Positions 1 through 11,965 of a DNA stretch of 64,000 nucleotides are shown in pieces. Position numbers and translations under genes: made by a program. Numbering within the stretch: position 1 is the stretch's first letter; each line of letters begins with the position of its first letter. This DNA comes from Squalus acanthias (lineage: Eukaryota): contig CM059433.1 of the NCBI GenBank assembly GCA_030390025.1, positions 27,220,001 to 27,284,000 on the forward strand. Reading direction: 5' to 3'. Below the pieces are notes generated by a model. It did no database searches. It worked only from the letters and a program-made list of their open reading frames with translations, and was not told the DNA's origin.

Positions 1-57
1 GTGGGAAGGGGGGAAGTGCGCAAGGGAAGGAGATCACCCTCGAAGGGCAAAAAGTAG
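1..57 (+). CDS. Probable C-terminus of the Myb/SANT partner gene of Harbinger family 1 (VGRGEVRKGRRSPSKGKK*)
   Basis: Frame 1 is open to TAG at 55-57; basic tail resembles RRSTQKRKMTHK* of the other Harbinger Myb gene; converges on the transposase. Confidence 0.4.
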   Translation: MGRGEVRKGRRSPSKGKK

Positions 58-364
58 GAGGTGTGACGAAATGTTGGTCAATTTTTTATTAAAGGCCGAG
101 GTTCGCGTTCAAACTTTTGTTTAGTGTTTTGGACATTATCTCCAGGTTGTGAGAACCAGTTATGTTAATGAATGATTTTTTGTGTTTCTATTAGTTTGTC
201 ATGAAGAAATGACACACACAGAGTTTGTAAAATAAATAAGTTTTTGTATTCAAAATGTACAAATTTGGTCTTTGGACTTATTGCTGCCTTGGGCGGCTTA
301 GGGGTTGCGGGTTGGTTTCATTCATGTTGTTCTCCATGGCAGAAGCCATTTCCTCAGCAGGGGC

Positions 365-1525
365 CTAAAAGCGGCTTGCTATCAGCCGTTGACGGACGGC
401 CCTTGCAGTTTCAACATTGTGGGCCGCCCTCCCGCCTTGGTGCTGCTGATGATCATCCTCCTCCTCTTCCTCCTCCTCTTCCTCCTCCTCCTCCGGTGGT
501 GCTCCAAGGCCTGGTGGCATTGGCTGAGTCCTGAGGATTGCCAGGTTATGCAGCATGCAGCACACAACTATGAAGAGGGAGACTCGCTCAGGCGAGTACT
601 GCAGGGCTCCTCCTGAGTGGTCCAGACAGCGGAACCGTTGCTTGAGCACGCCGATCGTCTGCTCAACGATGTTCCTGGTGGCGAGATGGCTCTCGCTGTA
701 CTGCAGCTCAGCAGGGGTGTTGGGGTTACGGAGCGGTGTCATCAGCCAGGTGCACAGTGGATAACCCTTGTACCCTAGGAGCCAACCACTTGGCTGATGC
801 GGTGCCTGGAAAAGTTCTGGCACAGCAGTCTGGCGCAGGATGAATGCATCGTGGCTGCTGCCATGATAGCGGGCATTGACAGCAAGTATCAGCTGTCTGT
901 GGTCACAGACCAACTGGACGTTTAAGGAGTGGAACCCCTTGCGGTTGCGGAAATCCTCTGCATTCTCATGCGGTGCACGCAATGCCACATGCGTGCAGTC
1001 AATGGCGCCCTGCACCATGGGGAAGCCCACTATCCTCGCAAAGCCCAATGCGCGTTCATGTTGTTTGGCCCGGGTCATCGGGAAAGAGATGTACTGGCGT
1101 CTCCTTTTATAGAGGGCATTTGTGACCTGACGGATGCAGCAATGGACCGCGAACTGGGAGATATTGGCAATGTCCCCAGTAGCTGCTTGAAAGGAGCCGG
1201 TGGCATAAAAGTTCAGAGCCACTGTGACCTTCACTGCCACCAACAGAGATATCCTGGTCCTCAGTAGAGGCTGCAGATCTGGCTGCAGCAGGTGGCAGAG
1301 CTCAGTGACTACCTCCTTGCTGAAGCGCAGCCTGCGCAAACACTGCTCCTCAGACAAATTAATGTCGGAGAATTGTTGGCGAAATACCCTGGGAGGGTAA
1401 GGTCTCCTGTACAGAGGCCTGTTGGCCCTCCTCCGTCTGGCCATGATTGCCACTCTCTCTCTGCGTCTATGTTGCATCCGAATCTGCAGGCGCAGGACGA
1501 CGCCCCGAATCAGTGCAGCCCCCAT
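365..1525 (-). CDS. Harbinger (HARBI1-like) DDE transposase; ORF open but second catalytic Asp replaced by Tyr
   Basis: ATG at 1525 (MGAALIRG); motifs [28 protein letters not shown] (normally GDxGYP), RNIVEQTIGVLKQRF, CCMLHN; acidic E-rich tail. Confidence 0.93.
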   Translation of the reverse strand: MGAALIRGVVLRLQIRMQHRRRERVAIMARRRRANRPLYRRPYPPRVFRQQFSDINLSEEQCLRRLRFSKEVVTELCHLLQPDLQPLLRTRISLLVAVKVTVALNFYATGSFQAATGDIANISQFAVHCCIRQVTNALYKRRRQYISFPMTRAKQHERALGFARIVGFPMVQGAIDCTHVALRAPHENAEDFRNRKGFHSLNVQLVCDHRQLILAVNARYHGSSHDAFILRQTAVPELFQAPHQPSGWLLGYKGYPLCTWLMTPLRNPNTPAELQYSESHLATRNIVEQTIGVLKQRFRCLDHSGGALQYSPERVSLFIVVCCMLHNLAILRTQPMPPGLGAPPEEEEEEEEEEEEDDHQQHQGGRAAHNVETARAVRQRLIASRF

Positions 1526-2817
1526 AATCTCTTGGTAATCAAAGTAATGAAGGCCAAAATCCAAAAGTACCTGCAAAGTGATGCTCAGTAGCCAAAACTA
1601 CTTCACACAGCGTTGACTCTATGCAGAAGACTCTCCTTCTCTCTCTCAGAATCTCTCTCTCTCTGTCAGAATGAGTGGTGCAAAAATGTCTACCACAGAA
1701 AAAGCCAGGAAGAGGCCGCCTTTAAATAGCGCCCCCCCAGCCCCACACCGACTGGGAAACGTTCCAGTCTACCTGTCGTTGCTTGCGCCAGGCGGAAAGG
1801 AGGGGGGCGCCACTCAATATCCGGTCAGGGGCGCCACAAGGGCGGTGCACGCTCGACTGACGTCAAGATCTGCGGGCGCAGGAGATCGGGGCGGTATTGT
1901 TTAGCGCCGCCGCAAAATGTCTGGTCAATTTCGCGAGCGGCACAGACATCGCTGCGCCTGGGCGCTAGTTGCTTTGCGGCCCATTAAGGCGCTAACAGGA
2001 GGCGCAAACCAACCAAAGTTTTCCCCTTCAGAGCATTAAGATCGGACTCCCTGGGTTTGCCACCCGCTTCGGGGCTCGCGTGCTCCTTACGTGCGGTTCC
2101 CCTCCCATTAAAATCGGGCCCATGATGTCAATGAAATGGAATCTGATGATGCTACATTAAGAAGGCTCTACACAAAATGTTTGCCTCAGGCCATTTCTAG
2201 CCAGCAGTTCTAAAGCATAAAATGGAGTTACAAGAGGTAACTGAGAAAAACATGCAAATATGCATATTTACCCTTTGTACTATTTAGGATTATGGGCTAC
2301 TTCCGTGGACTATACTTCCTCTTAATTTAATTTTGTGAACTTTTTTTTATTAAGAGGCACAACTGCCACAATGTGTAATCAAGTAAAAAGCCCAGCTAAT
2401 TAGGTATTTATGAGATATGTCTGAGGTCACTTCTCTATTATTTGAATAGGTTATAAATAAATTTAAAAAAGTAGTATGAGGCTACTTTGCCAATGATTTA
2501 TTCAGACTGCTAAATCAGTCTTCTGCTAATCAATAACTTAATTCTTAAAATTAATCTTTATAAATAATTTTTCGACTAACTCACATACACAAATCTTTGA
2601 AGGTGGCAAGACAAGTTGAGAAGGCTGTTAAAATAGCATACGGGATACTTGGCTTTATAAATAGAGTCTTAGGGGGGATTTTAACCTAAAGAAATGGTTG
2701 GGTTAGGAGTGTTAACTACATGGGGTCGTTAAACTGTTAAAAATCGGAATCCCAACCTGAACCCGCCTCCAACCCGCCCACTTCCTGTTTTAATGGAGGC
2801 GAGACGGGAGGTGGGCA

Positions 2818-3938
2818 GTGGTTGATAATGAAGAAGAAGGCTGCAGACTGCAGGAAGATATCAATGGACTAGTCAGGTGGGCAGAACAGTGGCAAATGGA
2901 ATTCAATCTGGAGAAGTGTGAGGTAATGCATTTGGCGAGGGCTAACAAGACAAGGGAATACACAATAAATGGTAGGACACTGAGAAATGTAGAGGAACAG
3001 AGGGACATTGGAGTGCATGTCCACAGATCCCTAAAGGTAGCAGGACAGGTAGATAAGGTGGTTAAGAAGGCATACGAGATACTTGCTTTATTAGCCGAGG
3101 CATAGAATATAAGAGCAGGGAGGTTATGCTTGAACTGTATAAAACACTAGTTAGGCCGCAGCTAGAATATTGCGTACAGTTCTGGTCACCACATTACAGG
3201 AAGCATGTGATTGCACTAGAGGGGGTGCAGAGGAGATTTGCGAGGATGTTGCCTGGGCTGGGGAATTTTAGCTATGAGGAAAGATTGGATAGGCTGGGGT
3301 TGTTTTCTTTGGAACAGAGGAGGCTGAGGGGAGACCTAATTGAGGTGTATAAAATTATGAGTGGCCTAGATAGAGTGGATAGGAAGGACCTATTTCCCTT
3401 AGCAGAAGGGTCACTAACCAGGGGGCATAGATTTAAAGTAATTGGTTGGAGGTTTAGAGGGGAGTTGAGGAGAACTTATTTCACCCAGAGAGTGGTGGGG
3501 GGTCTGGAACTCACTGCCTGAAAGGGTGGTAGAGGCAGAAACCCTCATCACATTTAAAAAATACTTGGATATGCACTTGAAGTGCCGTAACCTACAGGGT
3601 TCTGGACCAAGTGCTGGAAAGTGGGATTAGGCTGGATAGCTCTTTGTTGGCTGGCACGGACACTGACATGAATCTTGTCATTCATGACTTGTGACATAAT
3701 ACTGGGCGGCCTGCTGGTGGCGCTGTCCAGGGAGAGTATAAATACTCGGGCATGGGCCCAGCTTGCTCAGGACATTCTTTAACAGGAACTAGAGAAGGAC
3801 AACTAGATCTCCATGTTGTAAAACAGTTGATTAAAGCTTTGTTTAATGCTTAGACCAAGTGCCTAGTAGTTTTCTTACGTCAGACACGATGGGCCGACTG
3901 GCCTCCTTCTGTACCGTTAGTTTCTACGATTCTATGAT
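2818..3938 (+). mobile_element. 5'-truncated CR1 LINE, same family as 20070-24135 and 55945-56880
   Basis: RT C-terminus (KCEVMH, LVRPQLEYCVQFWSP), 3' UTR and (ttctatga)-type tail; interrupted by a solo LTR. Confidence 0.95.
3664..3882 (+). mobile_element. Solo LTR (219 bp)
   Basis: TGACATGA...TTACGTCA termini; 5-bp TSD GACAC (3659-3663 and 3883-3887) restores the CR1 3' UTR ggcacggacacgatggg; internal TATAAATA and ATTAAA. Confidence 0.88.
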
Positions 3939-6108
3939 AAAGGCGTAATATTCCAGATATCAAAGTGCAGAACCTCACAGCGCTGCCTCCACCAATTCAG
4001 AAACCAATTCATTTGAGCTGGAAACTGGTTGTGGGACACTCACTGAAAAAGTGATGCTCACGGGACAAAACCGTTTGGATTGACCAGTGAGAGATGGCGG
4101 GGTAGTACCGTCTGCCAAATTTCTGATACGCGGGGCATCTCTCCATCTCAAGCCCTGAGGCACTGCGGTAGCAATCTGGCCTCTGTTAAAAAAACATTTT
4201 TTTAAGAAAAAAAAACCCGCAGCCAGGAGGTGGGATGTCAATTTAAATATTATAGTGAGGCTGGTAGCCTCTTCTTTAACCTCCATTTTGTCTTTAACTA
4301 TAGCTGGTGGGGTTTTACATACCTTGTAAAACCCAGCAGTTACAGCAAGGTGAAGACTGCTGCATCCAGGAGGTAAATGCCTTTACACCTACCTCCTGGA
4401 TTCAGGGTCCCTGCCTAACCACCCCCCATGATGGGAGACCCCCCCCACGAGGCCTCCGATCACTCCCCCAGGCCTCCCCTCCCCCCCCACCCACCCCCAT
4501 GAGGCCTCCGATCAACCCCCTCCCCCACTGCTCCCCAAGTCTCGGATACCTCCATGAGGCCTCCCCCCGCTCCTCCGACCTTCCCCGTGCTCCTCCCGGC
4601 CCCAATCTTCTGCAGACCGCCTCCCCCCCTTGCTCCTCCAGCCGCCCCGCAGCCAATCGCCTGCGATCCTTGGCAGACCACCCCCCCCTTGCTCCTCTGG
4701 CCTTCGATGCTCCTCGCACCTCCCCCTCCATCTTCCTCGCACCTGGCCCCTGATGATCCTCGCACCTGGCCCCCAATGATTCTCAGCTGGAGTACTGTGG
4801 CCAATTCAGGGCTCCATACTTTAGGCAGGTTCTCAAGGCCTTGGAGAGGGTGCAGAGGAGATTTACCAGATGGTACCAGGGATGAGGGACTTCAATTATA
4901 TGGAGAGGCTAGAGAAGTTGGTATTGTTCTCCTTAGAGCAGAGAAAGTTAAGCGGAGATTTAACAGAGGTGTTCAAAATAATGAAGGGTTTTGACAGAGT
5001 AGATAGGGAGAAACTGTTTCCACTGGAGGAGGTTCGATAACCGGGGACAGAGATTTAAGTTAATTGGCAGCAAGTTGTTATGATCTGGAATGCACTGTTT
5101 GAACGGGTGGTGGAAGATTCAGTAGTAACTTTCAAAAGGGAATTGGATATATACTTAAAAAGGAAAAATTTGCAGGGCTGTGGGGAAAGAACAGGAGAGT
5201 GGTAAATTAGATAACTCTTTCAAAGAACCAGCACAGGCACGATGGGCCGAATGGCCACCTTCTGTGCTGTATGATTCTATGAACTATTTTCCTTTACAAC
5301 TCATTTTTTAAAAAAGCATTAATGTAGTGCACTTCTAATAGGCTGACACTTCAGAAATCTCACCCTGACACTAACAAGAAGTGATGTGGGTTTCCAACTC
5401 AATCCTAACATTTAGAAAATAAATGACATGAAGAACTGGTGGCAGTAATAAAAAGAATAGCGTAATGGAGAAAATCACAGGCCAACACAGCCAGGGATAA
5501 AATAACATGACAGAGTTGGAACAAGAAAAATAAACTAACAAAGCCAAAAACCAAAAACACATGCAAGAACAGAAAGAGTAACAGCAGATAAAAATGAGCA
5601 GGATTAACAGGTCCCAGACAGAACCAGGAGATAAAAGAATAGGGTTAAAACTACTTACACAAGGATAGTAAAAGAACAGAAACATAACAGAGCATTAAGA
5701 AGTACTGGGCAAAAGAAGCAGAGATGAGCATGAGAAATACAATGCACTGTGTCTACATTTTTACATATACTATTCTGCACGTTCTTTCCTTGTGTAAGCT
5801 GCACGTGTACCAGGTTTATTTTGCAACCTCGGAGCCTGCCATTATGAGCGCAGATGTGTATATTGGCTGGAAAAATTACTGGATTCTTGACATTATGTTA
5901 ACTCCCATCTCTCTGTTGTCCAAAAAGGCAGTTTGGTAGGAGTTCCCTCCTGAGCGCATATTTTTACATTTATGCAGTACAAAGTAAAATGATACATTCA
6001 GGATTTTCCCTCCAAATGTGATTTTTTTTTTAAACTATTATGTTGCCATCCCAACTGTTAAGAATTTTGTTACAATTCTTAAAAATATTTTGTTTTTCCA
6101 AGCATTAA

Positions 6109-6448
6109 TGGCCCCGATATTTACTCGGGGCCGGGAAGAGAGTGGGCGGGGGGGAGGATTTTCGGACGGGAAACCCGGAAGTAAAGGTTTCCTGCACGTC
6201 CTGCAGAAATTAACCGCAGGACGTCTTTTCAACTTTTTCAACAGGTTTCCCACAGCCTCCTTAAAAGATTTTAGTGACCGACCCGCCACCTGAGAGTGGA
6301 TTGGTCGCCCACCTCCCCCGCCAACCCGTCTCCATTAAAACTGGAAGTAGGTGGATTGGAGGCGGATTGGGGTTGGATTTGAGAATTTTACATTTTTTAC
6401 TTTCCCACCAGCTCCCAACCCACCCATTCTTGGGGTTAAAATGCCCTC
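6109..6448. mobile_element. MITE-like non-autonomous DNA element
   Basis: ggccccgatattt start; right part is the reverse-complement homolog of the element beginning at ~2671; similar to 37860-38140. Confidence 0.55.
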
Positions 6449-6501
6449 CAGTAAGTCCAGAAAGTTAAGCGTTTCAGAAACTATGGCTTCAATATTCCCC
6501 T

Positions 6502-6859
6502 GGAGATAAAAGGGCGTGACTGAGCCGACCAGCGGGACTACAAGAGAGCTCGAGAGCGGGAGATCGGAGCGGAGATAAAAGGGTGCCACTGAGCCGACCA
6601 GTGGGACTACAAGAGAGCTCGAGAGCGGGAGATCGGGCCGGAGATAAAAGGGTGCCACTGAGCCGACCAGTGGGACTACAAGAGAGCTCGAGAGCGGGAG
6701 ATCGGGCCGGAGATAAAAGGGCGCCACTGAGCCCATCAGCAGGACTACAAGAAAGCTCGAGAGCCGGAGAGCGGGCTGGAGATAAAAGGGCGCCACTGAG
6801 CCGACCAGCGGGACTACAAGAGAGCACGAGAGAGGGAGATCGGGCCAGAGATAAAAGGG
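6502..6859 (+). repeat. Tandem array of 5 full 69-bp units plus a partial unit
   Basis: Units start at 6502, 6571, 6640, 6709, 6778 and 6847 (ggagataaaagggtgccactgagccgaccagtgggactacaagagagctcgagagcgggagatcgggcc). Confidence 0.95.
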
Positions 6860-7473
6860 AATGGAGTATAAAAGTAGGGAAGTCCTGTTACAACTGTACA
6901 GGGCATTGGTGAGACCACATCTGGAGTACTGCATACAGTTTTGGTCTCCTTATTTAAGGAAGGATATACTTGCATTGGAGGCAGTTCAGAGAAGGTTCAC
7001 GAGGTTGATTCCGGAGATGAAGGGGTTGTTTTATGAAGAAAGGTTGAGCAGGTTGGGCCTTTACTCATTGGAGTTTAGAAGAATGAGAGGGGATCTTATT
7101 GAAACATAATTCTGAAGGGGCTTGACAGGGTAGATGCAGAGAGGATGTTTCCCCTCGTGGGGGAATCTAGAACTAGGGGGCATAATTTCAGAATAAGGGG
7201 GCACCCATTTAAAACGGAAATGAGGAGGAATTTCTTCTCTCAGAGGAATCTTTGGAATTCTCTTCCCCAGAGAGCTGTGGAGGCTGGGTCATTGAATATA
7301 TTTAAGGTGGAGATAGACAGATTTTTCAATGGTAAGGTAGTCAAGGGTTGTGGGGAGCGGGCATGGAAGTGGAGTTGAGGCCAAGATCAGATCAGCCATG
7401 ATCTTATTGAATGGCGGAGCAAGCTCGAGGGGCCAAATGACCTACTCCTGCTCCTATGTCTTATGTTCTTATG
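6857..7473 (+). mobile_element. CR1 LINE 3' fragment fused to the 69-bp array
   Basis: [24 protein letters not shown]...; tail cctactcctgctcctatgtcttatgttcttatg. Confidence 0.93.
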
Positions 7474-9830
7474 CCATCATGATGGGCGGGAGGAGATCTG
7501 GGGGCAGGGGAGTTTAAACCCTTAATAACACGAATCGTGACCCCCAACCCGACGCCGGCAGGTAGTGTGCTGTGCGAGTGTCCCGTCTTGGAGCGGCATA
7601 CCCCTTCATTAACATATTTAAATTAGGCTCCCACAATGTAATTGGGAGCCACATTTAAATTTAACAGCTGCCGGCCAGGTTTCCCTGGGAAATCAGGCAG
7701 CAAAATAGAGTCAGGAGCTGCCAGCTCCAGAAGGTAAGTGCTTTTTATAGTACTCCCCTCCCCACTCCTCAAGGAAGCGTTCAGCCTCTCTTGTGCCGAC
7801 CGTGCCCTCTCCCTAGCCCCTGCCGCGATCACCAACCCCCACCCCCCATGCAAGTTCCGATCTGAAGCCTAGCCCGATGATCGCTGGGCCTCCGTCCAAG
7901 CCCGATCTGAAGTCATGGAACTTCTTCCGGCACTAGTCTGGAGTTCAGGTGAGAGATCTGGCACGTAGCACGAGATACATATTTTTCAACTTCCTTCCAT
8001 GGACACCCAGCAGACTCTCTCTGTTCTCGGCTGAATCTCCTCTAAGAGGTTTGGAGGTCCATTTTATTGAAATTTTGCACGTGTTTTTTGTGCCATCTCC
8101 CTTCTTTGACTGTCTCTGCCAGATCCTCCAGTGGTAGACATCCTTGGAAAGTGGGACAAAATGACACGAGCCATCCAGTACAGCTACCTGGCAGTCAACT
8201 TACTGAGCCGAGCACGTTCCTACTTACCTGCTGCTCTCCCAGCCTGCTACTCCAATCTTCAGACATATTCTAATTTCTAAACACCTCTAGCATAGTTCTT
8301 CTGTTTTACATGGGATCTACATTATAGAATTGCCAATGGGCATTTGAATGAGCTCTACAGAGCATTTGCAGATGGAGGTCCCGTCTCATTGCTGCAAATC
8401 CAGCACACTTCCCCACAAGGGATTTCAGGGCCATAGGCCCCAATATTTGCAGGGAGTGTGTGGGCTAGAGCGGGTAAACCCAGAAAGGCTGTGGATGCAG
8501 AGGTCCTGCCAAATTTAACGGCAAGACCGCATTATAATTTTTTTCTTACATTTCCCTCCTGGCAACCGGACAAATTGACAGGCTGGCTGGCTGCCCAGCG
8601 GGAAAACCAGTGGCAGAAGGCCACAGACGGTTCCCAGCAATCAGGAGATCGGCAGGCTGCAGATCAGGGCTTGGGTGGTTGGGAGGGGGAGAGAAGGGAA
8701 ATTGTCCTCATGGACTATAACGATGCCAAGGAGGAGAAGGAAGATGATGATGTTGAGGGACAGGATCTGAAGGTCAAGCCCACCCATGAGTCCCTGGACC
8801 AAGATCCTGTCCAGGTTTCTCTGCCACAACCCCCTCAATCTCATCCTCTACATCACTTGCTTTTTCACTCCTCAGACATTTTCCCCCAAGGAAATTAGAT
8901 AGGGTTAGTGAGGATGTGACACCGGGTGATTCAAAGAGCATTCGGGAGCCGGAGGAATGGGGAGTGGGTAAGGATGTGCCCCTTCCCAGTGAAGACTGAG
9001 GGGCATGCTGCCCAGGACTTAGGAGGTGTGGGACCCAGAACTCATGGGTACTTGCCTGAAAAGAAGGAACATCACAACTTATGTGGAGGCTCTGAGGTTA
9101 GTCTCTGAGGATGTGCAGCAACTGACAACTCTGACAACCACAACCCCCATTTGCAGCAACATCAGGTAAGCTCTCTCTTCATTGCAGGCAGCAATGGAGT
9201 TTGTGAACTGCTTCAATGGAATGTGCAGCTGCCCCCATCTATTAACCAGTCGGTGCCTCCACCTCCACAGAAGCATGACTGCAGCTCTGATAGCAGCAGA
9301 AGCGAGATTAGGCAGCACCCTATATACCTGCTTCCAGAACCTGGTGGTTGGGATATTCTATATTCACTGTCTCTCAGAGTTTTCAGGATCTGATGGCTGT
9401 CATTAGACTAGCCATCCAGTGGTACACATATTCAGGGCCCAGTAGAATGACGATGGCTGGAGGCTGCCATTTCTCAGGACAACAGCATATGCCACGCATT
9501 CGGCCTTCCCCTTTAGAGTATCACACAAGTTGCACACAGGAGGCAATACCAGGCTGCCAGGAACAACCTCTAGGTAAGGAGCTTGAAGTGACTTCGTCCC
9601 AGGTGCAAGCTGCCATGAAAGAAGGGCTATTTCAGTCCCATTGACCTTTAATAGAACAGAAGCACCAACCACCTCTTGCAATACAGGCCCTCAGATTGTA
9701 CCTAGAAGAGCACTAGAAAATGAGAAAGGCATGTTTAATCACCTAGGGGAAACAAGGTGTAAGGAAAGAGTAGATTGGCTTCAGTTCACTTTGGATTTTT
9801 TTGTTTAAAGGTTTTCTACTTGTGGAGAAT

Positions 9831-10463
9831 GGGCCCTCGAGGCTTGTGCACCGTTAGTTAGACATTTTCCTGCACTCTTCAGCTCGAATTTATTTTGTGC
9901 CGTAACTTGCTGGAAGTGCGAGCTGATACGGTGTGGCAAGGGCAACGGGCCATCTCAGACCTTAGTGAACGGCAGGATCAACAATATGTCTCCTTAACCA
10001 ATGAGATTTAAGGATTAAGAAAGAAGCAGAGGTACAACAGAGAAGGAAATAGGGTGAATTAGAGTCAAATCAGGTACAGAAAGAGAAATAGAGAGAAAGA
10101 AAGATTTACTACAGGTAGGAATGAGACTGAACAGTTTAAATTGTTCCCTTCTGGGCCAGAGAGGTTAATTGGAATTGCATTAACAATTATCATGTCGTTA
10201 ACATTACCGACCTTAACTTTATGCAGTGAGTTTAATGGGCAATAATGTGCAAATCCAGCAAGTTCTTAAAAATAACAGGGAGGCTAAATGCGAGATGCCG
10301 TTTGTGCGAAGCAAACAGTGGAGTGGCATAAATCAACCAACACGTTCTGTAGATTCGCAACTCACTGCATATCTCTTAATCCTTTGAACTTGCTGGCCGA
10401 TTTGTGCATTAATAACTTTGTGCGTCGTTAACACACTGTTATTTTTCCACCAAGATTCGGCCC
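9831..10463. mobile_element. Putative MITE with GGGCC...GGCCC ends
   Basis: Short inverted termini; non-coding; TSD not resolved. Confidence 0.35.
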
Positions 10464-10465
10464 AT

Positions 10466-11361
10466 TGCACAGTGTTCAGTTCCATTCGCAAGTCCTCAGA
10501 TAATGAAGCAGTCCATGCCCGCATGCAATAAGACCTGGACAACATTCAGGCTTGGGCTGATATGTAGCAAGTAACATTCATGCCACACAAATGTCAGGCA
10601 ATGACCATCTCCAACAAGAGTGTGTCTAAGCATCGCCCCATGACATTCAATGGCATTACCATCGCCGAATCTCCCAACCTCAACATCCTGGGGGTCACCA
10701 TTGACCAGAAACTTAACTAGACCAGCCACATAAATACTGTGGCAACAAGAGCAGGTCAGAGGTTGGGTATTTGGCGGTGAGTGCCTCACCTCCTGACTCC
10801 CCAAAACCTTTCCACCATCTACAAGGCACAAGTCAGGAGTGTGATGGAATACTCTCCACTTGCCTGGATGAGTGCAGCTCCAACAACACTCAAGAAGCTT
10901 GACACCATCCAGGACAAAGCAGCCCGCTTGATATGCACCCCATCCAGCACTTTAAACATTCACTCCCTCCACCACTGGCGTACCGTGGCTGCAGTGTGTA
11001 CCATCTACCAGATGCACTGCAGCAACTCGCCAAGGCTTCTTCGACAGCACCTCCCAAACCAACAACCTCTGCCACCTAGAAGGACAAGCGCAGCAGGCTC
11101 ATGGGAACACCATCACCTGGAAGTTCCCCTCCAAGTCACACACCATCCTGACTTGGAAATATATCGCCATTCCTTCATCGTTGCTGGGTCAAAATCCTGG
11201 AACTCCCTCCCTAACAGCACTATGAGAGTACCTTCACCACGTGGACTGCAGCAGTTCAAGAAGGCGGCTCACCACCAACTCCTCAAGGGCAATTGGGGAT
11301 GGGTAATAAATGCTGGCCTTGCCAGCGACATCCATATCCCAGGAACGAATAAAAAAAAAAT
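10466..11361 (+). mobile_element. 5'-truncated non-LTR retrotransposon, distinct from the CR1 families here
   Basis: YKAQVRSVMEYSPLAW...LDTIQDKAARLI...WNSLP; 3' UTR with AATAAA and poly(A). Confidence 0.88.
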
Positions 11362-11564
11362 ATTGTCATACAGGAAAGGGTGCATTTACTTTGGATTGAC
11401 ATTTCAATCAGATGATTCAGACTTGCATGGTCATGTAAGGATAAAGAGGTGTTGTGATGTTCTAGCATGGGTATGGAATTGAAGGATTTGTCCTTTATTT
11501 GAAGGTGGGGTAGAGGAGTTATGGCAGTGGTGACAAAGGTAGACTGTGTTAGACAGATGAGCAG

Positions 11565-11965
11565 GGTACAGTAGTGTAGTGGTTATGTTATTGGACTAGT
11601 AATCCAGAGGCCTGCACTAATGATCTGAAGACATGAGGTCAAATCCCACCATGGCAGCTGGGGAATTTAAATTCAGTTAATTAAATAAATCTGGAATAAA
11701 AAGCTAGTATCAGTAATGATGAAAATAGAAACTACTGGATTGTTGTATAAAACCCATCTGATTCACTAATGTCCTTTAGTGAAGGAAATCTGCTGTCCTT
11801 ACTTGGTCTGGCCTATATGTGACTCCAGACCCACAGCAATGTGGTTGACTCTTAAACTGCCCTCTGCAGTTCAAGAAGGTGGCTCACCACCACCTTCTCA
11901 AGGGCAATTAGGAATTGGCAATAAATGCTGGCCTTACCACATCCCATGAACGAATAAAAAAAAAG
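11565..11965 (+). mobile_element. tRNA-derived SINE with MER131/Nin-domain-like core and LINE-derived tail
   Basis: A-box-like tagtgtagtggt, B-box-like ggtcaaatccc; core ttcactaatgtcctttag..gaaggaaa..ctggcctatatgtgactccag; last ~100 nt match the 3' end of the LINE at 10466-11361. Confidence 0.8.

Larger units (their letters stand above)
1..2026 (-). mobile_element. PIF/Harbinger DNA transposon (family 1), right part; left end lies outside the window
   Basis: Transposase ORF, GC-rich subterminal region and end ...aaagttttcccc (2026); 1560-2026 is the reverse-complement homolog of 58497-~58990. Confidence 0.9.
2582..5282 (+). mobile_element. Older CR1 LINE 3' fragment (2582-2667 and 4781-5282) split by a GC-rich MITE-like insert (~2671-4780), which is itself interrupted
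   Basis: RT C-terminal CR1 sequence stops at ~2667 and resumes at 4781 (QLEYC...), ending in gattctatga; the insert resembles 51722-52200. Confidence 0.75.

Noticed and set aside
365..1576. Host HARBI1 gene
   Set aside because: Sits within transposon termini shared with MITEs and is intronless; a transposon copy, so no gene symbol was given.
5371..5720. Hydrophobic 104-aa minus ORF over an A-rich stretch
   Set aside because: Composition artefact, possibly a decayed LINE; no motif.
6335..6934. 199-aa and overlapping repetitive ORFs; possible CRISPR-like array
   Set aside because: Produced by the 69-bp (23-codon) tandem repeat; there are no unique spacers and no cas genes.
11565..11650. tRNA gene
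   Set aside because: SINE head with an extended A-B box spacing; no complete cloverleaf.
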